Shown piece after piece: positions 59,185 through 64,000 of a stretch of 64,000 nt of DNA. The position numbers and the translations under genes were made by a program. Source of the DNA: Octopus sinensis (taxonomy: Eukaryota); assembly GCF_006345805.1 (NCBI RefSeq), contig NC_043012.1:33170001-33234000 (forward strand). The letters run 5' to 3'. The notes under the pieces are model-generated. The model was not told the DNA's origin. It did no database searches and saw only the letters and a program-made list of their open reading frames with translations. Positions within the stretch are counted from its first letter, which is position 1; the number at the start of each line of letters is the position of its first letter.

Positions 59185-59320
59185 TTTTGTTGTGTCTGGG
59201 GAGGGTCATTGTCTTTTTGTGCCTAATAACACACTCACCGGTAAAATTTCCACATTTTTCTTATTTTTATTTTCCTAAAATTTTCGTTGCGTTTTGCAAC
59301 CTTTTCAATAGTTTTGACTC
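59185..59320 (-). repeat. H1 repeat copy with hammerhead-like motif at 59274-59318
   Basis: Same sequence as the 18.3-kb arms and the split copy at 29.6/30.0 kb. Confidence 0.88.
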
Positions 59321-59387
59321 TGTCCGTTATTTACACTGCGTTCCCTTTTGTTTATTTGTGCGCATGTGTGTGGGTCAATGTGTGTGG

Positions 59388-59443
<56 letters not shown>

Positions 59444-59484
59444 GGTGTGTGTGTGTGTGTGTTTGTTTAAAAATTATTTTCAAG

Positions 59485-59593
59485 TCGTTAATTTCCGTAA
59501 AATCTTTTTTCTTTATTTGCTTTTGTTTTAAAGTGAAAGAGAGGAGAAAGTGAAAGATGTATGTATGTGTATATGAAATGGACGTGTGTGTGT

Positions 59594-59635
<42 letters not shown>

Positions 59636-59730
59636 GAAGAAAGAGAGGGGAAGAGAATGAGTGAAGGGGTGTTTTGTCATGTAGACGTACATCAATACGT
59701 AAGCGTACATTTTTGTATGTACGTGTGAAC

Positions 59731-59782
<52 letters not shown>

Positions 59783-59978
59783 AAGAGAGAGAGAGAAAGA
59801 GAGAGAAAGAGTGAGTAAACGTGTATGTTCTCATGCATTGTAAGTGGTTCTCTCTCTCTCTCTCTTACACATACACACAAATCTGTTTCATATACACATT
59901 CATACATCTTTCACTGTCTCCTCTCATTCACTTTAAAACAAAAGTAAATAAATGAAAATTTTTTACCGAAATTAACGA
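59485..59978. repeat. Inverted repeat (~135-bp arms) around a (GA)/(TG)-rich spacer
   Basis: 59485-~59620 versus ~59850-59978. Confidence 0.8.
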
Positions 59979-60337
59979 ACAAATCTAGCTGATCTGGATG
60001 ACAGTTCTGAGAGTCAAAGCGAAAGATCACCCCAAGGGAATACCATTACAAAAATCTCTTCGTGTGCATTCAACGTATCTCAGCTCCAAAGATTTGGCTG
60101 CTGTTTCAAGCACGCTCTGCTCTCATGTAACAGCTATTTGCGATAAGGGACCAGAAATACCTGTTACGTGGTAGCAGGGCGTGCAAGAAATTGCAACCAA
60201 ATCTTTCCTTTTCCAGGGAAAGGAACTGTTTACGCGTGATTTCGATATGAAATTCGTTGAAAGCATGTGAAATAAACTGGTAAAGAAAAAATACCCATGA
60301 AACAAAACTCAGTTGGTGGGAAAGTCATACATTCCAG

Positions 60338-60471
<134 letters not shown>

Positions 60472-61034
60472 GTGTATATATATATATTGTAAGAAACCCG
60501 TTGTACATATGTATGTGTGTGTGTGTGTCTGTCTGTGGACGTGTGTATGTGTGTGTGTGTGTGTGTTTGTGTCCTCACCATCGCTTGACAACTGATGCTG
60601 GTGTGTTTACTTCCACGTAACTTAGCCATTCGGCAAAAGGGACGATAGAATAATTACTAGACTTACAAAGACTTCTTGGGAATGGTTTGTCCGACTAAAA
60701 GGTAGTGCTCCAGCATGGCCGCAGTCAAATTACAGAAAGAAGTAAAAGAATAAAAGAATAAAGATATGTATATGAGTGTTGACCCATTTGTTACTGTTAT
60801 TTTATTATTTTAACGCTTGTGTATTCTCTGGAAATCTTTCACCACACATTTGTGACCTCTTCGGCGACACTTTTCGTTTTCCTGTGTGTTCGTCCACGGT
60901 GTTACCATTGTGATGGTTGTTATTGCCATCGTCGGCACTGATGCTGCCGCTGACCGTGTTAGTTGTGTTGTTGACATCATATGGCCGTCCATGAGGTTTT
61001 ATGTGTGTGTGTGCGTGTGTGTGTGTATGAGTGT

Positions 61035-61082
<48 letters not shown>

Positions 61083-61645
61083 TCTGATTTCGCTTCGAAT
61101 GTATCCATGCCCTTTAATATAGTTTTAATATATATTTTGTCTACCTCCGTCGATTTATCACAGGTATGAGGCAGATATATTTATATATAATCCTTTATAT
61201 ATTTATATATTTTCACTTATTTATTTATTTGTTTTTTTATGCATCTACGAGAAATAAAGAGAGATGCAGGAAAAATAAATAAATAAGTAAATAAATATGT
61301 AAATAGATAAATAAACGAATATATAAATATATCTGTCACATGCACAGAAGAATACAGCACAATGGGGGTGAGAGGTTGGGGTTGAGGGGGAGGCCACACA
61401 GCTGCTAAAACTATGACACACACAAGCATACACACACATATACTCATACACACGCGCGCACACACACACACACACAGAGAAACACATGTGCTCATAAGGA
61501 TAAAACATCTTAGATGCACAGAATGGAATAAGTGGAGCAAGAACACACAGGGAAACAAAAAGAGGTCACAGATGTGTGACGAAAGATTTCAGGATAATGG
61601 ACAGGCGTTAAAATAATAAAATAATAGTAATAAACTAGGAAAGAG

Positions 61646-61682
<37 letters not shown>

Positions 61683-62193
61683 TGTGTTTATTTGGAAAAA
61701 AAAATTAAATGAAATTACCATAGGCGCAGGGGTAGTGGCCTTCGCAGGTGGCTGCTCTGGTGCTGGAAAGAAAGCTGTGTAACAATATAATTGACTCGTG
61801 TAAAAGCGAGAATTTCAGAATCCTCTATTGGAGTCCCAGATTTCGGTTGCAACAATGCCTGCAAGTTGCACGAGATTTACTGGGGGAAGAATTGTAAAGG
61901 TTTATTGCTTCTAGTTTGATTTTTTAAAAAATGTAATTTGTGGTTGTATGGACTTTTTGGTCCAAAGAAATTTGTATCTTAAATTGTAAGAGGGTCATTA
62001 CCTCGGTACATCTATTTAAAAAAAAAACAATGTTTTAGAGAAGCAGAGAGTCGGCGGGCACCTTCTGCCTTCTCCCATCTTTATCATGTTTGATCATAAT
62101 CATCTGCCTCATTAATGTATATGTCTAGCCCGCAAGCTACTCTTTGTAATACCTTTATGGCAAATCTTTATGAAATAAAGTAGCTTGATTACC

Positions 62194-63809
62194 GTTGCGC
62201 ATGAGCGAGACAGAGTTGTGTTTGACACTGAAGATGTAAGACGTGTTTTTGAAGCCGTCTTAAACTGAAGATTTTTGAAACTCAGCCGTAAGGTAAGAAT
62301 TTTTGGGGGTCTAGTGGAGACCTGTTGTCTGTCGCAATTATTTTTCTTACAAACAAGAAGTCCTTACTGGATTCTAGTCTACCTGAGGTTGAGTGAAAAT
62401 TGTTTTTCCATTTAATTGGGAAAATTATTGGTTTGGTGGATGTATTCTGCCGCAAAATTTTGTTTGAAAATAGTGTTTCAACAATATTGTTCCTGTCAAG
62501 GAGTACCAAGAAGAAAATTGGAATGATTTTTTTAACTGTTTTACAATTGTGTTAAAATTTTGGCCTGGAGTACCGAATGGCCTTTGCTGTGATTTGAACT
62601 GTTGCTCTCTCTTCATCTATCTTTTATTAAAAAAAAACTCTTTATTGAACTGTTAATTTTTTCTCTCCTTCCTTTTATTGGACTTTTTCCTTTTCCTTAA
62701 TTATTTTATATTTTAAGAACTGTATTTTTGGACTTAAAAAAACATGGCAAATAACAATGAAAAGTTGGTGGAGTGGGAAATTACAACACCCAAAAATTGG
62801 TTAAAAGAACTTGAAAGTAAGACGGTGGTTTTGAGGACCTACTCTAGGACCATCGACGCCATTGACGTTTTCAGAAAGGATAAAATCGAAAGAGAGCTGG
62901 CAGAATTTAAGCCAGCGATTAAGTTTATCACTCGGGGGGTCAAATACTCAACCGTGTGGTTGCTGTTTGACTCCCCAGAAGTGGCTCTTGGAGGGCAATG
63001 AAATTTTGTTTCTTCCCACATATTGTGGGAAGAAGTTGACGAGGGCTTGGGTTTGCGGCTTGCCATCCGGAGTTGAGCCCGAGTGGATAGGAGATACTCT
63101 CCGCCGGGATCTGGGTGGCAGTAGCACCAAGCTCCTCAACGTAAATATTCTGCCTGCGGCTGACTGGGAGGAGTCAAAAGCTGTTTTGACCCGTGGACCC
63201 AGTCAGCCGAAAGTCTGGTATTTCCAGACTTTTTGAGAATGGCCGGGTCTAGGTATCCGGTGATGCTTGAGGGACGCCCCTCCCCCAAGTGTCATCGGTG
63301 CTTGAGGCCTGGCTATATAAAAAAGAACTGTTCTCAAGGGCAAAGCAAAGTCCTGGAGCGGTTGACGGTGACCTCTGTAGAGGAGGGAATGAAGGCGGCA
63401 CAAAAGGAAGAAGGTAAGCAATAATGGGTGCTCACCGAAGGATCCTGGGGATGAGGGAGGGGAGACGAATCTCCAGGTCATGGAGGAGACGCACCCTCCC
63501 CCAACCTTGATTTTAAAGGAAGCATGGGCTATGGTGGAGTACACGGACACAAGCGATGATGTGGTGGAAAAATGACAAGTAGTTGTAAATGGACTAGTGT
63601 TGATTCTATATTGAATATTTTTTGTATGTTATTGCATGTTTTTATATGTAATGGACTATTAAGTCCAATAATTGTAAAAACTGTCGTAGAAAAGAACAAT
63701 GTTTTAGAGAAGCAGAAAATCCTTGTTTCATCATTCACCTCATCAATGTATATGTCTAGCCCGCAAGCTACTCTTTGTAATACCTTTATGGCAAATCTTA
63801 ATGAAATAA
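62194..63809 (+). mobile_element. Tx1/L1-like non-autonomous element encoding only ORF1 (frameshifted), with 15-bp TSD
   Basis: ORF1 at 62744-63424 across frameshifts: KTVVLRTY..FLPTYCG..MLEGRPSPKCHRCLRPGYIKKNC (CCHC-like knuckle, H to Y). AGTAGCTTG(A/C)TTACC at 62179-62193 and 63810-63824. AATAAA at the 3' end. Confidence 0.7.
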
Positions 63810-63949
63810 AGTAGCTTGCTTACCAACCACATGGTTCTGGGTTCAGTCCCACTGCGTGGCACCTTGGACAACTGTCTTCTACTATAGCCTCGGGCTGACC
63901 AAAGCCTTTTGAGTGGATTTTGTAGACGGAAACTGAAAGAAGCCCGACG

Positions 63950-63960
<11 letters not shown>
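63810..63960 (+). mobile_element. SINE family B lacking its first ~25 nt
   Basis: agtagcttgcttaccaaccacatggttctgggttcagtcccac..gaaactgaaagaagccc. Confidence 0.88.

Positions 63961-64000
<40 letters not shown>

Overview
AT-rich, repeat-dense animal genomic DNA. The SINE families, microsatellites and TE mix look like Octopus, but the species call is an inference. Bases 892-37271 hold the 3' half of NBAS on the + strand: 25 coding exons with GT-AG junctions that splice into one open frame of about 1,170 aa ending at TGA 37269-37271. The introns are full of short elements: tRNA-type SINEs, RTE/CR1 LINE 3' ends, piggyBac- and hAT-type MITEs, non-autonomous Helitrons and fold-back repeats. Bases 37.3-64 kb are a gene-free-looking stack of TE relics: Helitron helicase, Penelope-like, mariner, two inverted hAT copies, DD37D, Tc1, a 3.1-kb CR1-group LINE and long microsatellites. 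Two findings stand out. (1) At least four, possibly five, unrelated short repeat families carry minimal type I hammerhead-ribozyme folds. Their core 3:8 pair differs between families (C-G, U-A, G-C), and three sit in fold-back palindromes inside NBAS introns. (2) An ORF1-only Tx1/L1-like element is flanked by a 15-bp duplication of a SINE head, and a related 3' end abuts the same site, suggesting SINE-targeted insertion. Everything was read by eye, so TE boundaries without a stated TSD or TIR are approximate.
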